This document shows positions 17,534 through 27,355 of a stretch of 31,256 nt of DNA, piece after piece. Every line of letters starts with the position of its first letter. Position 1 is the stretch's first letter. Both the position numbers and the translations under genes were made by a program. The notes under the pieces are model-generated. The model worked only from the letters and a program-made list of their open reading frames with translations, was not told where the DNA came from and did no database searches. The stretch comes from Candidatus Nanopelagicales bacterium (GTDB taxonomy: Bacteria; Actinomycetota; Actinomycetes; S36-B12). Location: positions 1-31,256 of the forward strand of contig JBILVH010000001.1 in the NCBI GenBank assembly GCA_044370555.1, read 5' to 3'.

Positions 17534-20194
17534 TCAGTGGCCGGCGGCATGCCAGGTAGCGCCGGTGCCCACCTGGACACCGAGAGGGACGTCGAGCGGC
17601 ACCGCATGGCTCATCCCGCTCACGACGAGGTCTCGCACCCTGTCGAGCTCACCCGGCGCCACCTCGAGGACCAGTTCGTCATGCACCTGCAGCAGCATGC
17701 GAGATCGAAATCCCCCCTCGGCAAGGGCGGCGTGAATCCGCAGCATGGCGCACTTGATGATGTCGGCGGCCGATCCCTGGATGGGTGCGTTCAACGCCAT
17801 GCGCTCCGCCATCTCGCGGCGCTGCCGGTTGTCGCTCGTCAGATCCGGGAGGTAGCGACGGCGACCCAGGATCGTCTCGGTGTACCCCGTCGCCCGCGCC
17901 CTGGTGACCACCGAGTCGAGGTACTCCCGGACGCCGCCGAAACGCTCGAAGTAATCGTCCATGAGTCGTCGGGCCTCGTCGGTATCCGTGCCCAACTGCT
18001 GCGCTAGCCCGTACGCCGACAGCCCGTAGGCGAGGCCGTACGACATCGCTTTGATCACCCGACGCTTCTCGGCGTCCACCTCCACCGGGTCGATGCCGAA
18101 CACCTGCGCCGCCATGGATGTGTGCAGGTCCTCACCTGCCTCGAATGCATCGATCAGTGCACGGTCGCCCGACACGTGGGCCATGACGCGCAACTCGATC
18201 TGGCTGTAGTCGGCTGTCAGCAGGCAGTCGAACCCGTCCGACACGACGAAACAGGTCCGGATACGCCGACCGGCTTCGGTCCTGATCGGGATGTTCTGCA
18301 GGTTCGGATCGGTGCTCGACAGCCTCCCCGTCGCCGCAACCATCTGGTTGAACGTCGTGTGGACCCGCCCGTCACGCGTCGCCAGCGGCAACAGTCCGTC
18401 GACCGTCTGCGCGAGGCGGGTCCAGTCGCGCCACCTCAGGATCGCCTCGAGCAGCGGGTCCGCCGTCCGCGCGAACAGTGCCGTGAGCGCCTCAGCGTCG
18501 GTGGTGTGACCGGTCTTGATCTTCTTGGTCTTCGGCAGGCCCCGCTCGGCGAAGAGGATCTCCTGAAGTTGCTTCGGCGACCCCAGATTGAACGGACGAC
18601 CGACGATCCCGTGCGCGTCGCTCTGCGCCCGCGCAGCCTCCGCGGCGAAGTCGGCTGACAGGGTCCGGAGACCGGGCTGATCGACCGCGATGCCGATTCT
18701 CTCCATGTCGGCCAGCACGGCCACGAGCGGCAACTCGACCTCCTGCAGCAGGCTCACCGCCCCCTGCGCCGACAGTTCGACGTGCTCCCGCGCGGCGAGT
18801 AGGTGGACTGCCCGGGCCTGCGCCGCCAGGTCAGCCGCCCCCTCGTCGGACTCCCCCAGGGTGAGCTGTGCGGTGCCCGACTCGGTGCGCAGGTCGACGT
18901 GCAGGAGCCGCTCGGCCACATCGATCAGGTCGGTCCGCTGACCCGGGGCCAGCAGGTAGGCACCCAGGGCCGTATCCATTCGGAGACCGGCGAGGGAGGT
19001 CCCGGTCGCCAGCAAGGCGAGCGATGGGCCCTTCGCGTCGTGCAGCACCTTCTCGCAGGCGCGGTCGGCCCACCAGTCCAACAGCGCGGCGCGCTGGCCC
19101 GCCGGAACGGCGGCGAGGTCGATGACGGCACACCGCCCGGCCTCACTGAGAAGCGCAATCCGGTCAAGCTCACCGGTCCCCCGACCCCAGGTACCCGTAC
19201 ACGCCACCGCCGTCGTGCTGCCCGCTGCCGCGTGGTTCATCAGCCATGCGGCGACATCGGCGGGTGCGTCGAATTCGAGCGGATCGCTCGATGCCGTGGG
19301 CGCCGGACTCTCCACCGCCGGGAGGGTGTCGAGCAACCGGTCCCTCAGCACCTTGAACTCCAGGGAGTCGAAGACCTCGCGCACGCGGTCCCGATCGATC
19401 TGTGTCCGCACGAGGTCGTCGACTCCGACGGGGAGCGGTACGTCGCGCACGAGGCTCGTGAGCTCGCGATTCAGGAGGACCTGGGCGACGGCACCGCGCA
19501 GCGCCTCACCGACCTTGCCGCCCACACGGTCCACCCCGTCGATCAAAGCGTCGAGCGAACCGAACTCGCCGATCCATTTGGCTGCGGTCTTCTCGCCGAC
19601 ACCGGGGATTCCCGGGAGGTTGTCGCTCGGGTCGCCGCGCAATGCGGCCAGGTCGGCGTACTGCGCCGGGTCCACGGAGTACTTCTCGCGCACAGCCTCC
19701 GGAGTCATCCGCGCGAGGTCCGACACACCCTTGCGCGGATACAGCACCGTGACCCTAGGCGTCACGAGTTGAAAGGTATCTCGATCACCGGTGACCACGA
19801 GGACGTCCAGTCCGGCGTGCGATGCCTCGGTTGCGAGGGTCGCGATGATGTCATCCGCTTCGAAACCCTCCAGGGCGAGACTCGTGATGCCCAGAGCGGT
19901 GAGCACCTCGCGTAGGAGGTCGACCTGGCCGGCGAACGTCTCCGGCGCCGAACTGCGCGTCGCCTTGTAATCCGGGAATCGATCGGTCCGGAAACTGCGC
20001 CGCGAGACGTCGAATGCGACTGCGATGTGGGTGGGCCGCTCATCGCGCAGCAGGTTGATGAGCATGGCTGTGAATCCGTAGACCGCGTTGGTCGGCTGGC
20101 CGGTGCTGGTACTGAAGTTCTCTACGGGCAGGGCGTAGAAGGCGCGGTACGCCAGGGAGTGGCCGTCCAGGAGCAGCAGGCGACCGTCGGGCAC
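17534..20194 (-). CDS. polA: DNA polymerase I
   Basis: DGHSLAYRAF 5'-3' exonuclease, GDPSDNLPGIPGVGEKTA, TGRLSS.DPNLQNIP, DYSQIELR, YGLAYG, VHDELV. Confidence 0.99.
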   Translation of the reverse strand: MPDGRLLLLDGHSLAYRAFYALPVENFSTSTGQPTNAVYGFTAMLINLLRDERPTHIAVAFDVSRRSFRTDRFPDYKATRSSAPETFAGQVDLLREVLTALGITSLALEGFEADDIIATLATEASHAGLDVLVVTGDRDTFQLVTPRVTVLYPRKGVSDLARMTPEAVREKYSVDPAQYADLAALRGDPSDNLPGIPGVGEKTAAKWIGEFGSLDALIDGVDRVGGKVGEALRGAVAQVLLNRELTSLVRDVPLPVGVDDLVRTQIDRDRVREVFDSLEFKVLRDRLLDTLPAVESPAPTASSDPLEFDAPADVAAWLMNHAAAGSTTAVACTGTWGRGTGELDRIALLSEAGRCAVIDLAAVPAGQRAALLDWWADRACEKVLHDAKGPSLALLATGTSLAGLRMDTALGAYLLAPGQRTDLIDVAERLLHVDLRTESGTAQLTLGESDEGAADLAAQARAVHLLAAREHVELSAQGAVSLLQEVELPLVAVLADMERIGIAVDQPGLRTLSADFAAEAARAQSDAHGIVGRPFNLGSPKQLQEILFAERGLPKTKKIKTGHTTDAEALTALFARTADPLLEAILRWRDWTRLAQTVDGLLPLATRDGRVHTTFNQMVAATGRLSSTDPNLQNIPIRTEAGRRIRTCFVVSDGFDCLLTADYSQIELRVMAHVSGDRALIDAFEAGEDLHTSMAAQVFGIDPVEVDAEKRRVIKAMSYGLAYGLSAYGLAQQLGTDTDEARRLMDDYFERFGGVREYLDSVVTRARATGYTETILGRRRYLPDLTSDNRQRREMAERMALNAPIQGSAADIIKCAMLRIHAALAEGGFRSRMLLQVHDELVLEVAPGELDRVRDLVVSGMSHAVPLDVPLGVQVGTGATWHAAGH

Positions 20195-20274
20195 CCGCCG
20201 ATCCTACGGTGTTGCTCGATCGCCACGGGGCGCTCCGGACGACAGATGACCACGGGCGGCTAGGCTGCTAGATC
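20195..20274. promoter_or_regulatory. polA/PaaI divergent promoter region
   Basis: TAGGAT (-, 20201-20206) 6 nt before polA GTG; TACGGT (+, 20205-20210) shares its TA; TAGGCT (+, 20261-20266) 8 nt before PaaI GTG. Confidence 0.5.
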
Positions 20275-20715
20275 GTGGCTGGCGACCTCCCCGAATCGGT
20301 GATCCTCGATGCCCTTGCTCTGACGTCCGCCGGAACTCTGGTCGAACGTATGGGCATCGCGTTCATCAGTGCCAGTGCCGATTGCGTCGTCGGACGCATG
20401 CCGGTGGAGGGCAACACTCAGCCGTACGGTCTGCTGCACGGTGGCGCCAGTGCGGTCCTCGCCGAGACGTTGGGCTCCGTCGCGGCTGGGCTGCACGCAG
20501 CACCCGACCGGTACCCGGTCGGGATCGAACTGTCGTGCACACACCACCGTTCCGCGCGCTCGGGCAGCGTGACGGGGACGGCAGTCGCCCTGACCAGGGG
20601 GCGGACCCTCGCGACGTACGGCATCACCATCACCGACGACGAGGGAGTGCTCATCTGCACCGCGCGACTCACCTGTCTGCTGCGCGACGCGGCGCCCCAG
20701 CCACCGGGGGCGTGA
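20275..20715 (+). CDS. PaaI family hotdog-fold thioesterase
   Basis: MPVEGNTQPYGLLHGGASAVLAETLGS, VGIELSCTHHR, TARLTC. Confidence 0.92.
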   Translation: MAGDLPESVILDALALTSAGTLVERMGIAFISASADCVVGRMPVEGNTQPYGLLHGGASAVLAETLGSVAAGLHAAPDRYPVGIELSCTHHRSARSGSVTGTAVALTRGRTLATYGITITDDEGVLICTARLTCLLRDAAPQPPGA

Positions 20716-20723
20716 TCCGCACG

Positions 20724-21245
20724 CTACGTGTCCGTTCGGCGCACCGCCGACCGCGCGCGCAGCCGCGCCAGGCGACCAGCCGGTGCAGCCGACATGAGCT
20801 TGCGCAACGCTGATGTCGATGTCGCACGACGAGTGACGACCGGTGCGAAGCCCAACTTGGCGAAGAACCGGTTGGCGTCGCGCATCGTCGGGGGTACATC
20901 GGCCGTGACGTGTTCCGCACCGATGCGCTCGGCGTAGGCCGCAACACCAGCCATCAGTGCCTGACCCACGCCGCTGTGCCGCGACCCGGACCGCACGTGC
21001 ACAACGGTGACCGTCACGCTCCGGCCGAGCCACGCCGTCGGCTCGTTATGGGTCAGCCCGGCAACACCCACGACCTGTCCACCGGCGCAGGCGATGAGCG
21101 CGACCTCGGCATCCGCGAAGGCCTGAGCCCAACGGATCCGTGGGCGATCGGAACCGCGGCCGTCGGCGCACACATCGGCCCACACCGCCTCAAGGGAGGC
21201 GTCGCCAGGATCGATCTCGCGTACCTCGACGGTCACCCGGGCCAT
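20724..21245 (-). CDS. GNAT family N-acetyltransferase
   Basis: VHVRSGSRHSGVGQALM acetyl-CoA motif A; DANRFFAKLGF motif B. Start taken as ATG 21245. Confidence 0.8.
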   Translation of the reverse strand: MARVTVEVREIDPGDASLEAVWADVCADGRGSDRPRIRWAQAFADAEVALIACAGGQVVGVAGLTHNEPTAWLGRSVTVTVVHVRSGSRHSGVGQALMAGVAAYAERIGAEHVTADVPPTMRDANRFFAKLGFAPVVTRRATSTSALRKLMSAAPAGRLARLRARSAVRRTDT

Positions 21246-21297
21246 GGGCGGGAACCGTACTCCGAACCTGGCCCCTTGACAGTCGGGCTCTGAAATC

Positions 21298-21894
21298 TCA
21301 GTCCCAGGAGTCACCCGAGTGTTCCACGATCACAGCAGCCACTTCAGCCATGGACCTCCGCTGGTCCATCGCGGACCGCTGGAGAGTCCGGAAGGCCTCC
21401 TGCTCGGTACACCCGGACCGCATCAGGACCGCCTTCGCTCGATCGATGATGACTCGAGCCGCGAGCCGCTCGGCAAGGGCGGCGGCCTCCTCCATGAGTC
21501 CGCGCCGCTCCCGCCACCGGGCCCTCGCCACCTCGATCGTGGGACGCAGGTCGCTGCGCTGGAAGGGTTTGACGAGGTAGCCCATGACGCCCGCATCGCT
21601 CGCACGGTCGACGACCTCCCGCTGGCTGAAGGCGGTGATCATCACGACGGGGCCGACACCCTCGTCGCGGAGCCGCTCCGCTGCTCCGAGTCCGTCGAGC
21701 ACCGGCATCTTGACGTCGAGGAGTACGACATCCGGTTGGAGCAGCACCGCCTGCTCCACCGCGCGCTCCCCGTCACCGACGTCAGCGACCACGTCGTAGC
21801 CCTCCTCGCGCAGCATCTCCACGAGGTCCATACGGATGAGCGCCTCATCCTCAGCGACGAGGACGCGGGCGAGGGCTGACGCGTCGGACTCCAT
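21298..21894 (-). CDS. pdtaR: ANTAR-domain response regulator (PdtaR/Rv1626-like)
   Basis: Receiver LVAEDE...LLDVKMP...YLVKP; ANTAR IDRAKAVLM...TEQEAF..LQRSAMD.R.SM..VA; divergent from tRNA-Leu(CAA), as I recall for mycobacteria. Confidence 0.85.
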   Translation of the reverse strand: MESDASALARVLVAEDEALIRMDLVEMLREEGYDVVADVGDGERAVEQAVLLQPDVVLLDVKMPVLDGLGAAERLRDEGVGPVVMITAFSQREVVDRASDAGVMGYLVKPFQRSDLRPTIEVARARWRERRGLMEEAAALAERLAARVIIDRAKAVLMRSGCTEQEAFRTLQRSAMDQRRSMAEVAAVIVEHSGDSWD

Positions 21895-21927
21895 AGCCGA
21901 AAACCCTACGGGCTAGGCTGATCCCGC

Positions 21928-22001
21928 GCCCCGGTAGCCCAACCGGCAGAGGCAGTGGTCTCAAACACCATCCAGTGTGGGTTCGAATCCCACCCGGGGC
22001 A
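21928..22001 (+). tRNA. tRNA-Leu (CAA), short variable loop, CCA not encoded
   Basis: Acceptor GCCCCGG/CCGGGGC plus discriminator A; anticodon arm GTGGT-CTCAAAC-ACCAT; T arm GTGGG-TTCGAAT-CCCAC; -10 TAGGCT at 21914-21919. Confidence 0.95.
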
Positions 22002-22007
22002 CGTCAT

Positions 22008-22430
22008 CTAGATGAGCAGCGTCGGCTTGACTTGGACCAGTCGGGCCAGGATGCCGTTGACGAAACCCGACGAATCATCGGTCGACAGTTCGGCCGCGAG
22101 CCCGACAGCCTCACTGATCGCGACATCGTCAGGGATGTCATCGCGCCAGAGGATCTCGTAGGCCCCGATGCGCAGGATGGCCCGGTCGACGGCGGGCATC
22201 CGCGCCACCGTCCACCCCATGCTGTAGGTCGCGAGTAGTTCGTCGATGTACTCGCGGTGCTCGCACACCCCGTCCACGAGGGTTGTCGTCCACTCGTTGA
22301 GATCGGGTTGGCTGGCGACCTCGCGGCGACCACGATCGTCGCGGAGAACCACTCGCGCATCGGTCCCGCGCAGGTCCGCTTGGTAGAGGATGTCGAGGGC
22401 GCGCTTGCGGGCCCGGCTGCGGGCAGACAC
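22008..22430 (-). CDS. nusB: Transcription antitermination factor NusB
   Basis: ARSRARKRAL, W...RMPAVDRAILR, EAV.LA..LSTDDS..FVNGIL. Confidence 0.96.
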   Translation of the reverse strand: MSARSRARKRALDILYQADLRGTDARVVLRDDRGRREVASQPDLNEWTTTLVDGVCEHREYIDELLATYSMGWTVARMPAVDRAILRIGAYEILWRDDIPDDVAISEAVGLAAELSTDDSSGFVNGILARLVQVKPTLLI

Positions 22431-22991
22431 CTAGTTGACGCGTCCGAGGTACGAACCGTCCCGCGTATCGACCTTGACCAGGGTCCCCTGCTCTATGAAG
22501 AGCGGTACGGCGATCTCCGCACCCGTCTCGAGGGTTGCCGGCTTGGTGCCGCCGGTACTGCGGTCGCCCTGGACGCCAGGTTCGGTGTAAGTGATGGTCA
22601 ACTCGACGCTCGCGGGGAGTTCGACGTACAGCGGGTTTCCGTCGTGCACGGCAACGACAGCGGTCTGGTTCTCGAGCATGAACCTGGCAGCGTCGCCGAC
22701 AGTGGTGGACGACACGTTGATCTGGTCATAGGACACGGTGTCCATGAAGACGAAGTCGTCTCCGTCACGATAGAGGAACTGCATCTCCCGCTTGTCGACG
22801 TTCGCCGTCTCGACCTTCACTCCGGCGTTGAAAGTCTTGTCCACCACCTTGCCCGACAGGACATGCTTCAACTTGGTTCGGACGAATGCCGGACCCTTAC
22901 CCGGCTTGACGTGCTGGAACTCCACCACCGTCCACAGTTGGCCCTCGAGGTTCAGCACGAGTCCGTTCTTCAGGTCATTCGTCGTAGCCAC
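22431..22991 (-). CDS. efp: Elongation factor P
   Basis: [44 protein letters not shown]. Confidence 0.99.
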   Translation of the reverse strand: MATTNDLKNGLVLNLEGQLWTVVEFQHVKPGKGPAFVRTKLKHVLSGKVVDKTFNAGVKVETANVDKREMQFLYRDGDDFVFMDTVSYDQINVSSTTVGDAARFMLENQTAVVAVHDGNPLYVELPASVELTITYTEPGVQGDRSTGGTKPATLETGAEIAVPLFIEQGTLVKVDTRDGSYLGRVN

Positions 22992-23010
22992 GTGGTTCCT
23001 CGGTTCATCG

Positions 23011-23029
23011 GATCGCCCTGGTGGCGATC
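23011..23029. other. 7-bp hairpin between pepQ and efp
   Basis: GATCGCC-N5-GGCGATC, no U tract. Confidence 0.35.
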
Positions 23030-23049
23030 AGTCGGCTTGGGGTAACCGG

Positions 23050-24123
23050 TCAGCCCAGGGTGAGCAGTTCCCTTGGCGCACCGGTGAGCGTCTCTGTCTC
23101 CACAGAGCCGACCCAGACGGTGTCCTCGATACGCACTCCCCCTCGACCCGGCAGGTAGATCCCCGGCTCGATGGTGATCGGTGTGTCAGCGGTAACCATA
23201 CCCATGCTCCGCGGACCGATCATCGGAGCCTCGTGTATCTCCAGACCGACACCGTGCCCGAGGCCGTGTGGATAGCACGCGCCGAAACCGGCAGCGGCAA
23301 TGAGATCGCGGGCCACCGCGTCGAGTTCCGCAAGGGACAGCGCGGGCCGACAGGCCCGGCGGGCAGCCGCCTGGGCCTCGGTGACCACACCCACGACTTC
23401 GATCTGCCAGTCGGCGACCCGGCCGATCGCGACCGTGCGTGTCATGTCGGAGTGGTAGCCGTCGATGAGGGCACCGAAGTCAAGGGTCACCAGGTCACCC
23501 GAGGCCACAGCCGTGTCGTCGGGGACATGGTGTGGTTGGGCTCCGTTCACGCCGGCGGCGACGATCGGGGGAAATGCGATGTCGTCCGCACCGAGGTCGA
23601 GCATCGTGTCGCGCAGCCATCGGCCGATCTGTCGCTCGGTCACACCGACCCGGATGCCTCTCGCGACTATGGCGAAGGCCTCGTCGGCAATGCGACAGGC
23701 CTCGTGGATCCGCTCCCGCTCACCGCCCTCCTTGACCATCCGGATACGCGGCACTATCGGCTCCGCGGGACGGACCCTGACACCGGCGGCTTCGAGTTGC
23801 CCGTAGGTGTGCATCGTCACCCACGTGCGGTCCACCGCCAACGGTGCATCACCGACGATCTGTCCGAGGAGCCCAACCCAATCGCGGTCGATCCGCACCT
23901 CGACGTCGGTCGTCTGCGACCGTGCCGCGCTGTCGTACCGGCCGTCGGTGATCAGGATGACCCGGTCGAGACCGACGAGCACTACCCCGGCGCTGCCAGT
24001 GAATCCGGTGAGGTACCTGATGTCGGGGCGGGTACCCACGAGCGCCCACTCGGCATCGAGCGTTGGGAGGGCCTCGCGCAGTAGGCCGACCCGGCGCCGG
24101 TAGTCGTGTGGGGTGAACCTCAC
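23050..24123 (-). CDS. pepQ: Xaa-Pro peptidase (M24B)
   Basis: [12 protein letters not shown]...[36 protein letters not shown]. Confidence 0.93.
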   Translation of the reverse strand: MRFTPHDYRRRVGLLREALPTLDAEWALVGTRPDIRYLTGFTGSAGVVLVGLDRVILITDGRYDSAARSQTTDVEVRIDRDWVGLLGQIVGDAPLAVDRTWVTMHTYGQLEAAGVRVRPAEPIVPRIRMVKEGGERERIHEACRIADEAFAIVARGIRVGVTERQIGRWLRDTMLDLGADDIAFPPIVAAGVNGAQPHHVPDDTAVASGDLVTLDFGALIDGYHSDMTRTVAIGRVADWQIEVVGVVTEAQAAARRACRPALSLAELDAVARDLIAAAGFGACYPHGLGHGVGLEIHEAPMIGPRSMGMVTADTPITIEPGIYLPGRGGVRIEDTVWVGSVETETLTGAPRELLTLG

Positions 24124-24554
24124 GGGAGGTCGGCCAGCGCCCGGAGCGCCAGAACGTACGAGTTGGTGCCGAAGCCTGCGATCGTGCCGCGGCTGACACC
24201 GGCGATGACGGAGGTGTGCCGGAACTCCTCACGTGCGGCGGGGTTGCTTATGTGCACCTCGATGAGGGGTGCGTTCAACATCGCGCAGGCGTCGCGGACG
24301 GCGTACGAGTAGTGCGTGAAGGCGGCCGGGTTCAAGATGACCGGCACTCGTGCGTCGGCCGCTTCGTGCAGCCACCCGATGAGTTCGGCCTCGTCATCGG
24401 TCTGGCGCACCGTAACGGCGAATCCGAGATCGGCACCGGCGCGCTCACATAGTGCGACCAGGTCGGCGTGACTCGTCGCACCGTAGATCTCCGGCTCTCG
24501 CATGCCGAGGCGGCCGAGGTTCGGACCGTTCAGGACGAGTACGGGTCGGGTCAC
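24120..24554 (-). CDS. aroQ: Type II 3-dehydroquinate dehydratase
   Basis: [32 protein letters not shown]...REEFRH; GTG 24554 in a GTGA overlap with aroB, SD GGAGG. Confidence 0.97.
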   Translation of the reverse strand: MTRPVLVLNGPNLGRLGMREPEIYGATSHADLVALCERAGADLGFAVTVRQTDDEAELIGWLHEAADARVPVILNPAAFTHYSYAVRDACAMLNAPLIEVHISNPAAREEFRHTSVIAGVSRGTIAGFGTNSYVLALRALADLP

Positions 24555-25642
24555 CGACACACCTCCTCGTACGCTGCTCGAACGACTGCTTCGTCCGGCC
24601 CGCGCAGGATACGCGGTCGGCCGACGTCCTCCAACACTACGAATCGCAGGTCGTCGCCGCGGGTCTTCTTGTCGACGCGCATCGCGGCGCGCAGCTCATC
24701 CCACCGGCCGGGCGAGTAGGACGTCGGGAGCCCGACCGAGGTCAGGATTCCCCGGTGCCGCTCGACAACCTGATCAGACAGCAGTCCGACCGCTCGGGCG
24801 AGTTCGGCGACGTAGACCATGCCCACCGCAACGGCGTCGCCGTGGCGCCAGTTGTACTCCTCTGCCCGCTCGATCGCATGACCGAAGGTGTGGCCGTAGT
24901 TGAGAACCTCACGACCCAACTCGTCTCCGATCCGCTCGCGAACATCAGCGGACACGACGCGTGCTTTCACTATGACGGACCGCTCGATGAGTTCACGCAG
25001 AACCTCGCTGCGCGGATCCACCGCGCCGGCCGGATCGGCCTCGACCAGGTCGAGAATGACCGGGTCGGCGATGAAGCCCGTCTTGATCACCTCGGCGAGC
25101 CCTGCCACGAGGTCCTCGGTCGGCAAGGTTGTCAGCCAATCGGTATCGATAACGACGGCGGACGGTTCGTGGATCACCCCCACGAGATTCTTGCCCGATT
25201 CCGTGTTGACACCGGTCTTGCCGCCCACCGCTGCGTCGACCATCGCCAGCAGGGTGGTGGGCACCTGCACCACTGCCACACCGCGCAGCCAGGTGCCCGC
25301 GACGAACCCCGCCAGGTCGGTCGTGGCGCCGCCACCTAGACCGACGATGACATCGGTGCGCGTGAAGCCGTTGCGGCCCAACGCCTCCCAGCACCCGTAG
25401 GCGACCTCCGCACTCTTCGCTTCCTCACCGTCGGGGAGTTCGATGGTGATGACCTCACGACCGGGCGTAGCAAGGTCCACGGCTAGGTCAGCCGCCCTGT
25501 CACCGAGCGCTTCGGGATGCAGGAGAGCAACCCGCGTCGACTCCGGCGGCAGCAACTCGCCCACCCCGGAAAGGGTCCCGGCCCCGATCATGACGTCGTA
25601 GGGCGCGCTGTCACCGCCCACCTCGACCCGGGTGACCGTCAC
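24551..25642 (-). CDS. aroB: 3-dehydroquinate synthase
   Basis: [51 protein letters not shown]. Confidence 0.98.
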   Translation of the reverse strand: MTVTRVEVGGDSAPYDVMIGAGTLSGVGELLPPESTRVALLHPEALGDRAADLAVDLATPGREVITIELPDGEEAKSAEVAYGCWEALGRNGFTRTDVIVGLGGGATTDLAGFVAGTWLRGVAVVQVPTTLLAMVDAAVGGKTGVNTESGKNLVGVIHEPSAVVIDTDWLTTLPTEDLVAGLAEVIKTGFIADPVILDLVEADPAGAVDPRSEVLRELIERSVIVKARVVSADVRERIGDELGREVLNYGHTFGHAIERAEEYNWRHGDAVAVGMVYVAELARAVGLLSDQVVERHRGILTSVGLPTSYSPGRWDELRAAMRVDKKTRGDDLRFVVLEDVGRPRILRGPDEAVVRAAYEEVCR

Positions 25643-26163
25643 GTACGTACCTCCGCAGGGTCGGCCAACTGACGCCGCACCTCCGCGACGACCGCGTCGA
25701 CGCCGAGGCCGTCCGTGGGGATTTCGACGGTCGCGACCTCGGCGTACAACTCATTGCGCTCGTCGAGCAATCGCTTCATCGTTGCGCGCACGTCACCGAG
25801 CAGGAGCGGTCGGGCCCCGCTCAGTCCGACTCGCGAGGCCGCGGCCGCGAGCCCGACTTGGAGCCATACGACCCTGTGGCCGAGCAGGAGTTCCCGGGTG
25901 TGGGGGTCGCACACCGCGCCGCCGCCGAGGCTCAACACGCCGGGGTGCTCACCAAGCGCCCGCTCCACTGCAGCGCGTTCGTAGGCGCGGAACGCAGCCT
26001 CACCCTCGGTGATGAAGATGTCGCTGACCGATGTGCCGACCGTCGCCTCGACGTCGGCGTCTGTGTCACGGAACGGCACCCCCAGTGCGTGCGCCAGACG
26101 ACGGCCGACAGTGGACTTGCCGGCCCCGGGTGCGCCGACGAGCACGACGGGCCAGTCGGTCAC
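25639..26163 (-). CDS. aroK: Shikimate kinase
   Basis: [27 protein letters not shown]; GTG 26163 in a GTGA overlap with aroC. Confidence 0.96.
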   Translation of the reverse strand: MTDWPVVLVGAPGAGKSTVGRRLAHALGVPFRDTDADVEATVGTSVSDIFITEGEAAFRAYERAAVERALGEHPGVLSLGGGAVCDPHTRELLLGHRVVWLQVGLAAAASRVGLSGARPLLLGDVRATMKRLLDERNELYAEVATVEIPTDGLGVDAVVAEVRRQLADPAEVRT

Positions 26164-27335
26164 TTGACCACCAGGTGGTCGAGGTAGGCCCGGAGGTTTC
26201 GCTGCGTCTCCCCGAGGGAGTCGCCGCCGAACTTCTCGAGCATGGCATCGGCGAGTACCAGCATGACCATGGCCTCGGCCACGACCCCCGCGGCCGGCAC
26301 GGCACACACATCGGAGCGCTGATTGATGGCCCGGGCCTCCTCGCCGGTGGCCACGTCGACCGTGCGCAGCGCACGTGGGACGGTGCTGATCGGCTTCATC
26401 GCCGCGCGTACGCGGAGGACCTCACCGGTGCTCATCCCACCCTCGGTTCCGCCCGACCGACCGGAGGTCCGCCGCAGTGATCCGTCGGTCGCCACGATCT
26501 CGTCCTGGGCGAGGGATCCGCGGGTCGCCGCCAGATCGAATCCGTCCCCGACCTCGACGCCCTTCATCGCCTGGATCCCCATCAACGCCGCGGCGAGCCG
26601 GGCGTCGAGTCGACGATCCCAGTGCACATGGCTGCCGAGGCCGGGTGGCAATCCGTAGGCGACCACCTCGACCACCCCGCCGAGCGTGTCGCCGTCGCGA
26701 TGGGCCCGCGCGATCTCTTCCTGCATCGCTGCTGACGTCTCGGCGTCCAGACACCGGGCAGGGTCGGCATCGATGCGCCCGAGGTCGCCCCGCGCCGGGA
26801 CGGCGCCTTCGGCGGCTGCCGCCCCGATACGAACGACATGGCTCAGCACCTCGATGTTGCCCACCGCGGCAAGGAAGGAACGAGCAACGGCTCCCAGTGC
26901 AACGCGAGCCGCCGTCTCACGGGCGCTGGCGCGCTCCAGGACCGGTCGCACGTCGTCGAATCCGTACTTCTGCATACCCACCAGGTCGGCGTGCCCGGGG
27001 CGTGGTCGGGTCAGGGCGTCGGCGCGCGCCTGACCGGCAAGCACATCGTCGGGCACCGGGTCTGCAGCCATCACGGTCTGCCACTTGGGCCACTCGGAGT
27101 TGCCGACCTCGATCGCCACCGGACCGCCCATGGTCGCACCGTGGCGCACACCTCCGGTGATGCGTACGGCGTCCTTCTCGAACTTCATCCGGGCGCCGCG
27201 ACCCGCTCCGAGACGTCGGCGCGTCAGATCGCACTCGATGAGGTCCGTGGTCACCGGCACACCCGCGGGCATCCCCTCCAGGACCGCCGTGAGTGCGGGT
27301 CCGTGCGACTCACCCGCGGTTAACCAGCGCAGCAT
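26160..27335 (-). CDS. aroC: Chorismate synthase
   Basis: [46 protein letters not shown]. Confidence 0.98.
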   Translation of the reverse strand: MLRWLTAGESHGPALTAVLEGMPAGVPVTTDLIECDLTRRRLGAGRGARMKFEKDAVRITGGVRHGATMGGPVAIEVGNSEWPKWQTVMAADPVPDDVLAGQARADALTRPRPGHADLVGMQKYGFDDVRPVLERASARETAARVALGAVARSFLAAVGNIEVLSHVVRIGAAAAEGAVPARGDLGRIDADPARCLDAETSAAMQEEIARAHRDGDTLGGVVEVVAYGLPPGLGSHVHWDRRLDARLAAALMGIQAMKGVEVGDGFDLAATRGSLAQDEIVATDGSLRRTSGRSGGTEGGMSTGEVLRVRAAMKPISTVPRALRTVDVATGEEARAINQRSDVCAVPAAGVVAEAMVMLVLADAMLEKFGGDSLGETQRNLRAYLDHLVVK

Positions 27336-27341
27336 GCGCCA

Positions 27342-27350
27342 AGTCTCCCA
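27342..27350 (-). promoter_or_regulatory. Candidate extended -10 variant TGG-GAGACT for leaderless aroC
   Basis: 6 nt before ATG; the same TGN-GAGACT occurs 7 nt before the hydrolase ATG (17510-17518). Confidence 0.35.
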
Positions 27351-27355
27351 CTGCG

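Noticed and set aside
21298-21894. Orphan ANTAR regulator with no adjacent kinase
   Set aside because: PdtaR-type regulators are known to be encoded apart from PdtaS. I could not identify a dual-hexaloop ANTAR target RNA by eye.
22001-22010. Integrative element at the tRNA-Leu 3' end
   Set aside because: No integrase, no duplicated tRNA 3' end; nusB follows directly.
22880-22910. EF-P loop PGKGP
   Set aside because: Standard actinobacterial EF-P signature; nothing new.
23011-23029. Hairpin between pepQ and efp as an intrinsic terminator
   Set aside because: No U tract and it lies within a co-directional operon; kept only as a low-confidence structure.
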